Positions 1-8,874 of a stretch of 64,000 bases of DNA are shown piece after piece (position 1 is the stretch's first letter; every line of letters begins with the position of its first letter). The stretch comes from a virus. Taxonomy: Duplodnaviria > Caudoviricetes. Below the pieces are notes generated by a model. The model saw nothing but the letters and a program-made list of their open reading frames with translations. It ran no database searches and had not been told where the DNA came from. The position numbers and the translations under genes were made by a program. The stretch lies in the IMG/VR virus record IMGVR_UViG_3300044695_004869. The stretch is one strand, 5' to 3'.

Positions 1-1
1 C

Positions 2-1453
2 TCTAATTTCATCATAAGTTCCGTCATAACTTGCCAATGTACCATAATCCGATTCACTTACTAATTGGTCCTTTAAACCTCTCACATCTACAAATTGTTG
101 ATACTCCATACCATAGTCGTCCAACCATCTAACTGGATCATCTTTTATTTCATCCATTTTTTCTTCAACTTCTCTTTCAACAGTACTGTCATCAAGATCT
201 CCATCCGGATTATCTTTTATTGTTTCTATCTCATCATTAATATCAACAATTCTTTCAGAAATATTTTCTGACATTTCATCCCAATCAATATCTTCATATA
301 CCGGATTCTTGAGAGTTGGTGTCCCATTTAATAAAACCGTACTACTACCGTCTTGGTTGGAAATAAAGTTTATTTTATTTCCGACACCATCAGTGTACTC
401 CCAATTATTTTCTCGGTTAACAACCAATTCTAATGGTGGTATAATACCATAGTTTAATAAAAATAACTCAACCTCTAATTCTTTTATTTCGGTTTCTTGA
501 GATTTGGACAGATATCTTGTCACATCATAATTATCCGGGTCATCATAGATCCATTCTCTTATTGTTTCCTCAAAATATTCAGCCACCTCATCACCATCAA
601 TATAATAAGATAAAGTATTTTTATCAAAATTACTTAAATCATCCACCATATCATCATAATAAGTTTCAAGAGATTTATCCGCTTCGTATTCGGTACCAAC
701 CGCATATGTATTTCCATTTGTATCATCATGAATTGATCTAAATGTATCCATCTCATAATGATTATAACCGGTTGGAATTAATCCGTAAACATCATTATTT
801 TTAGATTTAAGTTCGTCAATATCATATTGTAACTCATCATAATCATTTGTTAATTCATCAACCACATCAGCATCTGATTCAACATCAATCCTATCTTGGA
901 GTTCCTCTAGTTTTTGTTCTAAACTTTTTAACTCTTCAATTTCATCTTCATCTAACTCATCAATATCACCCTCATTAACCATAAATCGGAATACCGCATG
1001 AGCCATTTCCCCAGTATTATCAGTATCGTTTAAATTCCACTCATCATCAATTCTTCTCTGATCGGCATCGTCTCTTTCTTTTTGTTTTTTACGTCTTTCA
1101 ATTTCTTCCGAATATGGCGTACCATAATAAGTCCCAAGGACACCATATTCAACACCCTCTAAACTTTTTATATTTGTATTCCTAAAATCTAACTGTCCAG
1201 TTATTGATAATTCACCCAAACTTTTAATAGGTTTATCGGATAAATTTAAATTACCATTAACTCTAAGTTTTTTACCTTTAAACATTGGTAACTTAGGTAT
1301 TGCCTGAGCCACATAATTAACAGATCGTAACAATTTATAATACTGTTCAGGTGAAAGATCATAATAATCATTTTGATCTTCAGTTTCCTCAAATATTATA
1401 GTTTTTATTAGATCAACTAAATCACTTTCCTTTATCTCTACTATTCTTGACAT
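2..1453 (-). CDS. Acidic hypothetical protein, partial (runs off left edge; missed by ORF track)
   Basis: Manual translation from ATG at 1453 (MSRIVEIKESDLVDLIKTIIFEE...) stays open to the window edge (...YGTLASYDGTYDEIR). Very D/E-rich, with a short LRR-like stretch (LRVNGNLNLSDKPIKSLGELSITGQLDFRNTNIKSL). Confidence 0.85.
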   Translation of the reverse strand, partial: MSRIVEIKESDLVDLIKTIIFEETEDQNDYYDLSPEQYYKLLRSVNYVAQAIPKLPMFKGKKLRVNGNLNLSDKPIKSLGELSITGQLDFRNTNIKSLEGVEYGVLGTYYGTPYSEEIERRKKQKERDDADQRRIDDEWNLNDTDNTGEMAHAVFRFMVNEGDIDELDEDEIEELKSLEQKLEELQDRIDVESDADVVDELTNDYDELQYDIDELKSKNNDVYGLIPTGYNHYEMDTFRSIHDDTNGNTYAVGTEYEADKSLETYYDDMVDDLSNFDKNTLSYYIDGDEVAEYFEETIREWIYDDPDNYDVTRYLSKSQETEIKELEVELFLLNYGIIPPLELVVNRENNWEYTDGVGNKINFISNQDGSSTVLLNGTPTLKNPVYEDIDWDEMSENISERIVDINDEIETIKDNPDGDLDDSTVEREVEEKMDEIKDDPVRWLDDYGMEYQQFVDVRGLKDQLVSESDYGTLASYDGTYDEIR

Positions 1454-1498
1454 ATAATAATAAATATTCAATTCTTTACAAATATAATAATCTTTAGA

Positions 1499-1505
1499 TA
1501 TTTAT
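1499..1505 (+). promoter_or_regulatory. TATTTAT motif (candidate phage late promoter)
   Basis: GATATTTATA about 25 nt upstream of the small ORF at 1531; the motif recurs before many starts. Confidence 0.5.
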
Positions 1506-1530
1506 AGATAAATAAACCTAATAAAAACAA

Positions 1531-1671
1531 ATGATCATGGGATGCGGATGTAAAAAAAATCAAGCACAAGCGGCACCTCAACCACAAGCACAACCTCAGC
1601 CAGCACCACAAAATGCTACGGTTCAGGAATCTGTGAAAAAAATTGTTGAGAAATATTACAAGAATAAGTAA
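1531..1671 (+). CDS. Small protein with N-terminal MGCGCKK and a Q/P/A-rich linker (missed by ORF track)
   Basis: MIMGCGCKKNQAQAAPQPQAQPQPAPQNATVQESVKKIVEKYYKNK*; flanked by a TATTTAT motif and a terminator. Start may be 1537. Confidence 0.7.
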   Translation: MIMGCGCKKNQAQAAPQPQAQPQPAPQNATVQESVKKIVEKYYKNK

Positions 1672-1692
1672 TAGGTGTTATGCTAATTGTTG

Positions 1693-1722
1693 AGGTGGAG
1701 AATTATTTTTCCACCTTTTTTT
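1693..1722 (+). terminator. Intrinsic terminator
   Basis: AGGTGGA/TCCACCT stem followed by a T-tract, downstream of the 1531 ORF. Confidence 0.7.
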
Positions 1723-1739
1723 ATATTTATTAATTAGAT

Positions 1740-2825
1740 ATGGATTTAAGACAAATTATACAAAATTTTAATGATGGTGATTGGGAAGATATATCACCTA
1801 TTTTTAATCGTAAAATTACGACTTTTTTAAAATTTTTAAAAGGTAAAAACTTATTAGATAGAATTGATATAAATCAGATACCGGAAGATGATTTTCCTGA
1901 AATGGAATTTTTGGATTCTTTAGGTCTTTTAGATAATTTAGAATATAGATCAGTTCCAGACGAATCATCAAATAAATTTCTTTTGTATAAATTAGAGAAA
2001 AATCCAAAAGAAACTTTGTCATTTATTTGTGATGACCTTTTATCAGACGTTGAGCTAAGGGGTGAAGATTATTACCTTCGTTTAACAGACCGAGAAGAAT
2101 TATCTCAATTTTTTAAAGATTATGGTAGAAGTACTTCTCCCCGTGATGTTGCAAAATCAGTTTTAGGTGAAGATGATATATTTGAACCATATTGGGACAC
2201 AACTAATGATGTTTATAGGGATGTTATTGAAGTTTTAGATAAAGAAAATTTAGAAGTTATCTCTCATTATATAGTTGATCGTATTGGTAATCAGGTTTTA
2301 TCAATTGATGATTATGAAACTGAATTTTTTGATAGTATTTCAAATGAATCGGGAGAATTTACAATTACAACGGAAAATGTCGGTGAATTACTCAGAGATG
2401 AAGAATCAATGAAACTACTTCTTAATGACGATCTTGATGATTTAAAACAAGAATTGTACTCACTACACAGTAACTCATATAACAGTGCTTATGAAAGTGA
2501 AATTTATGACGATGTTAGATCAGAATTAGAAAGATTATTTGTTGGTGACATAACCGAAGAACAGTCAACAAAGAATGATAGAACTTATTATACCCCATAT
2601 ATTAAAATACGAGATTTTTATAATGATGTACACAGATTTCTTAGTTCATTTGAAGGTTCAGGATATAACGAAGATAACCTTGACTATCACGGATCATATA
2701 CCGAAATGATTAAACATTTAATGGATTCGGAAATAATGGATTACTTAGATTTTAGAATACCAGATTATCCTGACTACCGTGAAGTTGAGAAGAATATAAA
2801 TGATATGTTATCAGATTATATTTAA
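1740..2825 (+). CDS. Acidic hypothetical protein
   Basis: 361 aa, D/E-rich; TATTTAT at 1724-1730. Confidence 0.85.
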   Translation: MDLRQIIQNFNDGDWEDISPIFNRKITTFLKFLKGKNLLDRIDINQIPEDDFPEMEFLDSLGLLDNLEYRSVPDESSNKFLLYKLEKNPKETLSFICDDLLSDVELRGEDYYLRLTDREELSQFFKDYGRSTSPRDVAKSVLGEDDIFEPYWDTTNDVYRDVIEVLDKENLEVISHYIVDRIGNQVLSIDDYETEFFDSISNESGEFTITTENVGELLRDEESMKLLLNDDLDDLKQELYSLHSNSYNSAYESEIYDDVRSELERLFVGDITEEQSTKNDRTYYTPYIKIRDFYNDVHRFLSSFEGSGYNEDNLDYHGSYTEMIKHLMDSEIMDYLDFRIPDYPDYREVEKNINDMLSDYI

Positions 2826-2886
2826 CTAAAAATCATTAACTATTTAGATATTCATTTAAAATCCATATCAATTGTAAAAAAAAGGT

Positions 2887-3582
2887 ATGAGATTAATAAA
2901 TAAAAATTCAAAAAGAGGCATTGTTAATTTATTTGCCGATTTCATTTTATCTAAAATTGATAAGAATGAAAATTCAATAATACAAGTTTCAGATGTGGGA
3001 TCTTTTTATGTTATAAATGGTATAACCACAAGTGAAACATTTTTAGATGTAAATTTAATAAGAGATGAATTTACGGAAAAATTTCAAGACATCTTAACGT
3101 CATTAGAAATAAAATCACTTAACGTTATTGATATTATCAAATATAACCAAGAAATTGGTAACATTGAGAAAGGATGGGTTAAAGTTAATAAACACCCGTT
3201 CGTTGAAGAACCTGAACCTTTAAGTGAAATATCAATCAATTCTGAATTCCCCTACGGTCATAGTTTAAACTGTGGTAGATTAATGGTTTACTACACCCAC
3301 TATATGTTTAACCAAGTTTATAGCACAATAATGACTGATGAGGTTCACTTTTTCTTTAGTAAGAAAATTGATTCCAATGAAGATTTTAAAATTAAAATAG
3401 TGACAGATAAAGGATTAGATAAAAATATTATTAAATCTTTAATATTAGACCTATTTGACTTTGATTTAGAGGACTTTAAAACTAAAGTGGATGGATATAA
3501 TATAATTCAAGATATATTAGATCCTATGGGAGAAAAACCATATCTTATCCAAGATAGATTGGAAGACGTTATTGTCTTCTAA
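2887..3582 (+). CDS. Degenerate, internally deleted S-adenosylmethionine synthetase (MetK)-like protein
   Basis: By eye, the N-terminal part aligns to MetK (VINGITTSETFLDV vs VGGEITTSAWVDI) and the C-terminal part to the MetK C-domain (GRLMVYYTHYM...TDEVHFFFSKKI vs DRSAAYAARYV...ADRCEIQVSYAI; LILDLFDF vs LVREFFDL). HPDK, GAGDQG and GGGAFSGKD motifs are absent. Confidence 0.6.
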   Translation: MRLINKNSKRGIVNLFADFILSKIDKNENSIIQVSDVGSFYVINGITTSETFLDVNLIRDEFTEKFQDILTSLEIKSLNVIDIIKYNQEIGNIEKGWVKVNKHPFVEEPEPLSEISINSEFPYGHSLNCGRLMVYYTHYMFNQVYSTIMTDEVHFFFSKKIDSNEDFKIKIVTDKGLDKNIIKSLILDLFDFDLEDFKTKVDGYNIIQDILDPMGEKPYLIQDRLEDVIVF

Positions 3583-3583
3583 T

Positions 3584-3868
3584 CTATCTTTCAAAGAATT
3601 CTTTAATGATTTTAGCACCCTGATTGATATCTTCAAAATCTCGGTCAGGGGCAAATAATCTAGTAACAGGATTATTCTCAGGTGATTCAATCAACATAAA
3701 CGCAGGAACAAACTCATTTTCTGTTACTTCAACAAATAAGTTATACTCTTCCTCATATTCGTGTATGTCACGATCAACATATTCAACACCCTCTTTGTCT
3801 AACATTTCTTTTAACATATGACAAAAAGGACATTGTTTCATCGTAAAAAGAACCGCTACCTTATCCAT
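3584..3868 (-). CDS. Glutaredoxin-like protein
   Basis: CPFC active site after VLFT; 94 aa; FVP motif. Confidence 0.85.
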   Translation of the reverse strand: MDKVAVLFTMKQCPFCHMLKEMLDKEGVEYVDRDIHEYEEEYNLFVEVTENEFVPAFMLIESPENNPVTRLFAPDRDFEDINQGAKIIKEFFER

Positions 3869-4175
3869 TAATTAATTCAGTTAACATACCTTTTAGTTGT
3901 CCTTCGTTAAGAACACCAACTTTTGTGTCAATAACTTCACCAGAATTGATTACCTTAATCGTAGGGATACTTCTAATACCTAACGATGCCCCAACTTCTC
4001 TATTTAAATCAACATTCATTGTATACATTTGTACGTCAGATGTATTTTCAGTTGAGATTCTCTCAAAGATGGGTTTCATCATTCTACATGGCCCACACCA
4101 TTCAGCCCAAAACTCAATAATAAGTTTTTCACCTTTGTTGATTTTTTCTTGTAATTCTACACTCGTAATTTCCAT
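3861..4175 (-). CDS. trxA: Thioredoxin
   Basis: FWAEWCGPC active site and IRSIPT motif; 104 aa. Confidence 0.92.
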   Translation of the reverse strand: MEITSVELQEKINKGEKLIIEFWAEWCGPCRMMKPIFERISTENTSDVQMYTMNVDLNREVGASLGIRSIPTIKVINSGEVIDTKVGVLNEGQLKGMLTELING

Positions 4176-4180
4176 TTTTT

Positions 4181-4516
4181 TTACTTTAATTTTAACAAAT
4201 TTTTTATGAAGAATTTTACCTCTTCTAATTGATCAACATCATAATAAACTCTAACACTAAAATTTAATTCTGTTGCCGTAATCTTAGATAAATATATATA
4301 AAAACCAGATCTATGTCTAAAAATCCCTTCATTATATTTTATCTCCCCGTTGTACTCATCCCCATTAAGATATTCGATATCAAATTCTTTTTGGATTAAT
4401 AAATCAGGAGTTAAAATAAGATGACTATTAACTTTTATTATACCATATAATTTTTGGTGTTTATCCTTAAGGATCCCCAAAAAGTCATTTTCCTTTAAAA
4501 AATATTTATCTTCCAT
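4181..4516 (-). CDS. Hypothetical protein
   Basis: 111 aa, tightly packed in the operon with trx. Confidence 0.7.
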   Translation of the reverse strand: MEDKYFLKENDFLGILKDKHQKLYGIIKVNSHLILTPDLLIQKEFDIEYLNGDEYNGEIKYNEGIFRHRSGFYIYLSKITATELNFSVRVYYDVDQLEEVKFFIKNLLKLK

Positions 4517-4521
4517 AATTT

Positions 4522-4546
4522 AAAAAATGGGGTCCGTAGACCCCAT
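4522..4546 (-). terminator. Intrinsic terminator with UNCG tetraloop
   Basis: Minus strand ATGGGGTC-TACG-GACCCCAT followed by a T-tract, directly after the DUF932 gene. Confidence 0.85.
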
Positions 4547-4551
4547 AGTAT

Positions 4552-5307
4552 TTACAACATCGATTCAGCAGTTTCCCAAAGTTTTGTGTTAACATAATTC
4601 AAAGATGATATGTTTTTCAAACTTCTTAAACTTGATCTACGACCTGTTTTTGTCTTATACTCAATACCCCCTCGGACAAATTTTTCCTGAACCATATTGA
4701 ATGTTGACCAAAGGTCATCTCCAGAATCTTCGTGTCTTAAAGGTGTTAATATTTCTTCAATATTTAACTCCGCAGGTACAGATCCCATTGACCATCTAAA
4801 CTTAGAGGATTTTTCAACAAAATCAATCTTCTCATCAATTGTTAATGTTCTTGCCATCATTCTACCAACAGAATGTTCAATCTTAGGTAATTTCTTACTA
4901 AAACTTTCAGTCAATTCTTTAACCTCATCTAAAGTAAATGCCTTATGACGAATATTAAATCTTTCAGAAACAGACGTAGGGACAACAAGACCATTACTAC
5001 AAACCAAACGATAAAGACCAGCCCCCAAAGAAAACCCTGAAGTACCATTGTGTGAGTTACGAACAATCGCCTCAACTAAGGTATCACCAACTGCCGGTAA
5101 TTGTTTGTTACGGAATTTAACTTCATGTAAAGCATGGATACCTCTACCCGTTTGATGTGCCGAAGAAACATCCCAACCTTCTCTTACAAAATATTCAATT
5201 ACCTGATCCGTAGGTACAAAAGAATATTTGTTAGTTAATTTACTTGAAGGTTCTGTTGCGAACACCGATGGTGCCACTTGTTTAATTAATTCTGGTGTGT
5301 AAATCAT
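4552..5307 (-). CDS. DUF932 family protein
   Basis: NSHNGTS...GLYRLVCSNGLV and DLWSTFNMVQE motifs characteristic of DUF932. Confidence 0.85.
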   Translation of the reverse strand: MIYTPELIKQVAPSVFATEPSSKLTNKYSFVPTDQVIEYFVREGWDVSSAHQTGRGIHALHEVKFRNKQLPAVGDTLVEAIVRNSHNGTSGFSLGAGLYRLVCSNGLVVPTSVSERFNIRHKAFTLDEVKELTESFSKKLPKIEHSVGRMMARTLTIDEKIDFVEKSSKFRWSMGSVPAELNIEEILTPLRHEDSGDDLWSTFNMVQEKFVRGGIEYKTKTGRRSSLRSLKNISSLNYVNTKLWETAESML

Positions 5308-5330
5308 AAGTATAAATTTTAATTATACCA

Positions 5331-5360
5331 CAAAGATAATGCTTTTTTTAAAAACCACAA
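5331..5360 (-). promoter_or_regulatory. Bacteroidota-type sigma-A promoter
   Basis: TTG (5360-5358), 19-nt spacer, TATCTTTG (5338-5331); matches the TTG-N19-TAnnTTTG consensus. Confidence 0.65.
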
Positions 5361-5379
5361 TAACTTTTTTACTTTTTTT

Positions 5380-5676
5380 TTAATTTAAAAATATATCTCC
5401 GAATTTTGTTTTCATAATATGTTGTTCAATTTTTTCAATTGATCCTAACTTTTCCGTTAATTCAGGTGCCTTTAACTCTAATACAATATCTAAAATTTGT
5501 TGTTTAGTTAAAATAAAATCTTCACCTTTTTCAACATTTTCTAATGATTTTTCTTTCATTTTTTGAAAGAACTCATCTTTTTGTGCGGTACCAACTAAAT
5601 CCATAAAATCACTAGGATTGTTTTCAAAAAAAGTGATCATTTGACTTATGTAAACCTCAACATCTATGTTTTTCAT
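5380..5676 (-). CDS. Hypothetical protein
   Basis: 98 aa ORF in gene-dense context. Confidence 0.75.
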   Translation of the reverse strand: MKNIDVEVYISQMITFFENNPSDFMDLVGTAQKDEFFQKMKEKSLENVEKGEDFILTKQQILDIVLELKAPELTEKLGSIEKIEQHIMKTKFGDIFLN

Positions 5677-5686
5677 ATTTTATAAT

Positions 5687-7750
5687 TTAGAACCCTACCA
5701 TTCCGGTACAGTGTTTTTTCATATTTTCAGGGAAGTGTAGTAAGAAAAAATCTTCATCCGGTGTCATATAATCCTTTAATTTTTTAGGTATTTTAATGTT
5801 TGGATCTGATCCCATAATTGAGAAGAACTCCAAACAAGTTAATTTAGAAATAGATCCCGGCAATTTATCCAATTGACTATTATTAGTTAAATTTAAGAAT
5901 GACAATTGTCTACAATTTCCAATACTTTCAGGTATTGATTTAATATAATTATCAATTACCAATGTTTTAAGTTCAGTAAATCTTCCTATTGATTCAGGTA
6001 GTTTCTCCGCAATCACATCATTTGATTTATTCTCTATGTTAATAAATTCAACATTATCAGGAATAGAATCAAAATATTCCTCAAAACCAAATAGAGCAAC
6101 ATATTTAGACGCATCATCTTTAGGGTATTCTAATTGAACATATGATCCCATATCCTTAGAAACTAACTCCTTAGAGAATTTTCTTTTTAACTCTCTTAAA
6201 TAAGGTCTCATTTCTAAGGTCTTAATTGTTTCAATATCACTTGAAGTTAACTGACTTAATGTCTTTGTAAGTAACTTCTCTTTTTTCTTTGACACATAAT
6301 AACCTAGTGCCCCACCTTTAAGGACTTTAACCATCCCACCACTTAACTCAGTTCCTAAACCAATATATTTTCTTTGTAATTCTTCAGGTAATTTACCAAA
6401 TATTACATCACCATTACTCATATGACTAAAGTCAGGACCTCTTAATTCTATCCATAATTCAACTTCTTCAACACTACCTAACTCTTGTATTGGGTCATCA
6501 GTTTTTAAGTTATAAGATTTGTATCTCTGCATTTTTTCTTGATCCTCATTACTAAATGGTTTTGGTTCAAGATATTCTTTCTTATCTCGTAATGTAGGGA
6601 CCTTTCTAATAATTTCAGACCAATCAATTTCTTGTCCACCAGCATATTTACCTGAATTGGTACCATCCGCCAATCTCATTCCTCCCCATCTATCAACAAG
6701 AACAACAACCGCATAGTTCACATCAGATTCAGGTAAATTCTTACTAATAACATAATATAATGTTAAGTTTTGATTTAATCTATAATTGTAGTAGTAATTA
6801 CTTGATCCTTCCCAAGATGTACACCATTTTCTATCAGGAGCGTGTTTTTTTCTAATGTTAATACATTTTTGTTTTTCATCAGGAGCAAAAATTAATATGT
6901 CATCATCTTCATACGCAATATCAACGTCATCTAAATCAATTTCAGGTAAACTATATTCATCTTCACCCATTGGTGTGTAACCATCAACTAAATGTTCAAA
7001 GTCATCAAATGTCATAAACGCACTTAATTTAGCGTTTAATGGAATTAATTCAAAGTGATGTACAAATCTTTTAACCCTTGGTAATATTACGGTAAGTGGA
7101 TCATCATCCGGATTTTCTTTAGAAAACTTTTCCGTCATCCTTTTTGTTAACTCATTTTCCCCTCTTTCATTAAATTTAGAAAAGAATTTACCAACTAAAT
7201 CACTCAACTGAGATGGTGTTAATTCAGTTATCTCTCTTTTGAATAATTTTTGTTCAGGGAACAAAGTTTTTAACTCAAAATATTTTTTAATATTTGTTTT
7301 CACTAATTGTAAGTCAGCACCTTTATGTTTGGTAACAAATTCTTGAGCTATACTTTCAAGATCTTTTTTGGTTTTTTGTTTTGTGGATTTATCTGCGGTC
7401 AGATTTTTTAAACTCTCATAGTCGTACTTGAATATGTCTAAGGTATCTTGTACTCTTTTGTTTAAATCACGAATTCTATTTTGTAAATCTATATACTCTT
7501 GAGAAGACGGTTCTAAAGTTTTTAACTCGTCGTTAAGTTGTTTAAGTTCATTTTTTTCATCTATAGCAAAACCACCTTTAAATCTTTCAAAATCAGATAT
7601 TGTTTTCTTGATTTCATCCTCAGTATCATCAGTTTCTCCAGAAAACTTATCCAATAGTTTTTTAACCGTTGATTCGGGATATTCTAATAATATTTTTTTA
7701 ATATTTACGTTTTCTTTAATAACTTTTGATAAAATTCTTACTAATTCCAT
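5687..7750 (-). CDS. Large protein with C-terminal leucine-rich repeats
   Basis: LPESIGRFTELKTL / IPESIGNCRQLSFLNL / LPGSISKLTCLEFFSI repeats; central WCTS-containing region. Confidence 0.8.
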   Translation of the reverse strand: MELVRILSKVIKENVNIKKILLEYPESTVKKLLDKFSGETDDTEDEIKKTISDFERFKGGFAIDEKNELKQLNDELKTLEPSSQEYIDLQNRIRDLNKRVQDTLDIFKYDYESLKNLTADKSTKQKTKKDLESIAQEFVTKHKGADLQLVKTNIKKYFELKTLFPEQKLFKREITELTPSQLSDLVGKFFSKFNERGENELTKRMTEKFSKENPDDDPLTVILPRVKRFVHHFELIPLNAKLSAFMTFDDFEHLVDGYTPMGEDEYSLPEIDLDDVDIAYEDDDILIFAPDEKQKCINIRKKHAPDRKWCTSWEGSSNYYYNYRLNQNLTLYYVISKNLPESDVNYAVVVLVDRWGGMRLADGTNSGKYAGGQEIDWSEIIRKVPTLRDKKEYLEPKPFSNEDQEKMQRYKSYNLKTDDPIQELGSVEEVELWIELRGPDFSHMSNGDVIFGKLPEELQRKYIGLGTELSGGMVKVLKGGALGYYVSKKKEKLLTKTLSQLTSSDIETIKTLEMRPYLRELKRKFSKELVSKDMGSYVQLEYPKDDASKYVALFGFEEYFDSIPDNVEFINIENKSNDVIAEKLPESIGRFTELKTLVIDNYIKSIPESIGNCRQLSFLNLTNNSQLDKLPGSISKLTCLEFFSIMGSDPNIKIPKKLKDYMTPDEDFFLLHFPENMKKHCTGMVGF

Positions 7751-7766
7751 GTTGACTTTTTTTAAT

Positions 7767-7773
7767 ATAAATA
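7767..7773 (-). promoter_or_regulatory. TATTTAT motif
   Basis: GATATTTATA 16 nt upstream of the 7750 start. Confidence 0.5.
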
Positions 7774-7791
7774 TCTAAGAAATAAAAAAAA

Positions 7792-8631
7792 TTAGTAATT
7801 CATTATAAGTAACTCTTCACCCATATTTTGTTTCTCCCCTTTCTTAGCTGCCGCCGCTTTTGCAAACTCTTTTCTAACCCAAGTATATTTATCCTCAGGG
7901 AACCATTCACGAAGTAAGTCAAAGTCATAGTAAGACAATGAAAACTTACCTTTAACCTCATCTAACACATTTGCTAAACGCTCATGATCGTCACGATCAA
8001 AGTCGTGGTTGGAGTAGTAGTTCTCAGTTTTCCAATAAGGCGGGTCCAAGTAAATGTATGTTGATGGTGAGTCGTACTTATTGATTACATCCGCAAAATC
8101 CATGTTTTCAACATCTGTAATCTTTAAGAAATGATCTACCCAATCAGGTTTCATTAACTTGTCTCTAAAGGTAAGGTATTTTGACTTATATTTTCCTTTT
8201 AAGTCAATAAATTTTGACGTTTCTGGTTTTGACCCACTAAAAACCTGAGTTAACACGTAAACATATTTAGCCGCAGCATCATAATCAACTCCATCAATTT
8301 TGAATCCGTCATTAAATAACTCACTTTGGAAAGAAACAAATTGTTCACGATATATTTCAGGTGTTACCTCATTACCAAATTTTTGACAGTCAATTGAGTT
8401 GATTGACCTTAATAATTCAGTTGGGTTTTGAACACACTTAAATAAATTGTGGTTGAGTGGGTTAAAGTCGTTATACACAACTTTATTTAAATTGGGAAAT
8501 TGTTTTAAATCCATGTTATAAAAACACCAAAACATACCTCCAAATGTTTCAAGATATGTTTCCATATTTTTATCATAGAAAGGGACAATCCACTTTCCAA
8601 TTTTACTTTTACCTCCGATATATGATAGCAT
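7792..8631 (-). CDS. dam: DNA adenine methyltransferase (D12 class, Dam-like)
   Basis: SYIGGKS, VYNDFN, DPPY catalytic motif, LSYY. Target sequence unknown. Confidence 0.88.
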   Translation of the reverse strand: MLSYIGGKSKIGKWIVPFYDKNMETYLETFGGMFWCFYNMDLKQFPNLNKVVYNDFNPLNHNLFKCVQNPTELLRSINSIDCQKFGNEVTPEIYREQFVSFQSELFNDGFKIDGVDYDAAAKYVYVLTQVFSGSKPETSKFIDLKGKYKSKYLTFRDKLMKPDWVDHFLKITDVENMDFADVINKYDSPSTYIYLDPPYWKTENYYSNHDFDRDDHERLANVLDEVKGKFSLSYYDFDLLREWFPEDKYTWVRKEFAKAAAAKKGEKQNMGEELLIMNY

Positions 8632-8645
8632 AATTTTTTAGTGTA

Positions 8646-8674
8646 AAAATAGTTATTTTATATTTATATGTCAA
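8646..8674 (-). promoter_or_regulatory. Sigma70-like promoter for dam
   Basis: TTGACA-N17-TATTTT upstream of the 8631 start. Confidence 0.55.
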
Positions 8675-8706
8675 TCAATAATATTTATTATTAATAAAAA
8701 GAAATC

Positions 8707-8874
8707 ATGGAAGACGAAATGAAAACTGAAGCAACTCAAGTAACCGGATGTAGAAAATGTAACCAAACAACAGGAAGAACTCAAAAATTTGTTTTTATAA
8801 CTGGAGGTTTAATGTTGATGTTATCAATCTACGGATTAGTATCATTAATTTATGATATTAAATCCTTATTCTAA
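8707..8874 (+). CDS. Small CxxC membrane protein (missed by ORF track)
   Basis: MEDEMKTEATQVTGCRKCNQTTGRTQKFVFITGGLMLMLSIYGLVSLIYDIKSLF*; TATTTAT at 8682-8688. Confidence 0.65.
   Translation: MEDEMKTEATQVTGCRKCNQTTGRTQKFVFITGGLMLMLSIYGLVSLIYDIKSLF

Noticed and set aside
517-741. Short ORF-track calls antisense to or nested in long genes (e.g. 517, 1816, 3624, 3925, 4697, 9345, 10921, 12948, 21816, 23469, 53435, 57230, 59119, 62756)
   Set aside because: They overlap well-supported genes and have shadow-like composition; 517-741 lies inside the uncalled 2-1453 CDS.
7792-8631. Inactive Dam because motif I reads ETFGGMFW
   Set aside because: DPPY and the other motifs are intact; the variation alone is not enough to call inactivity.
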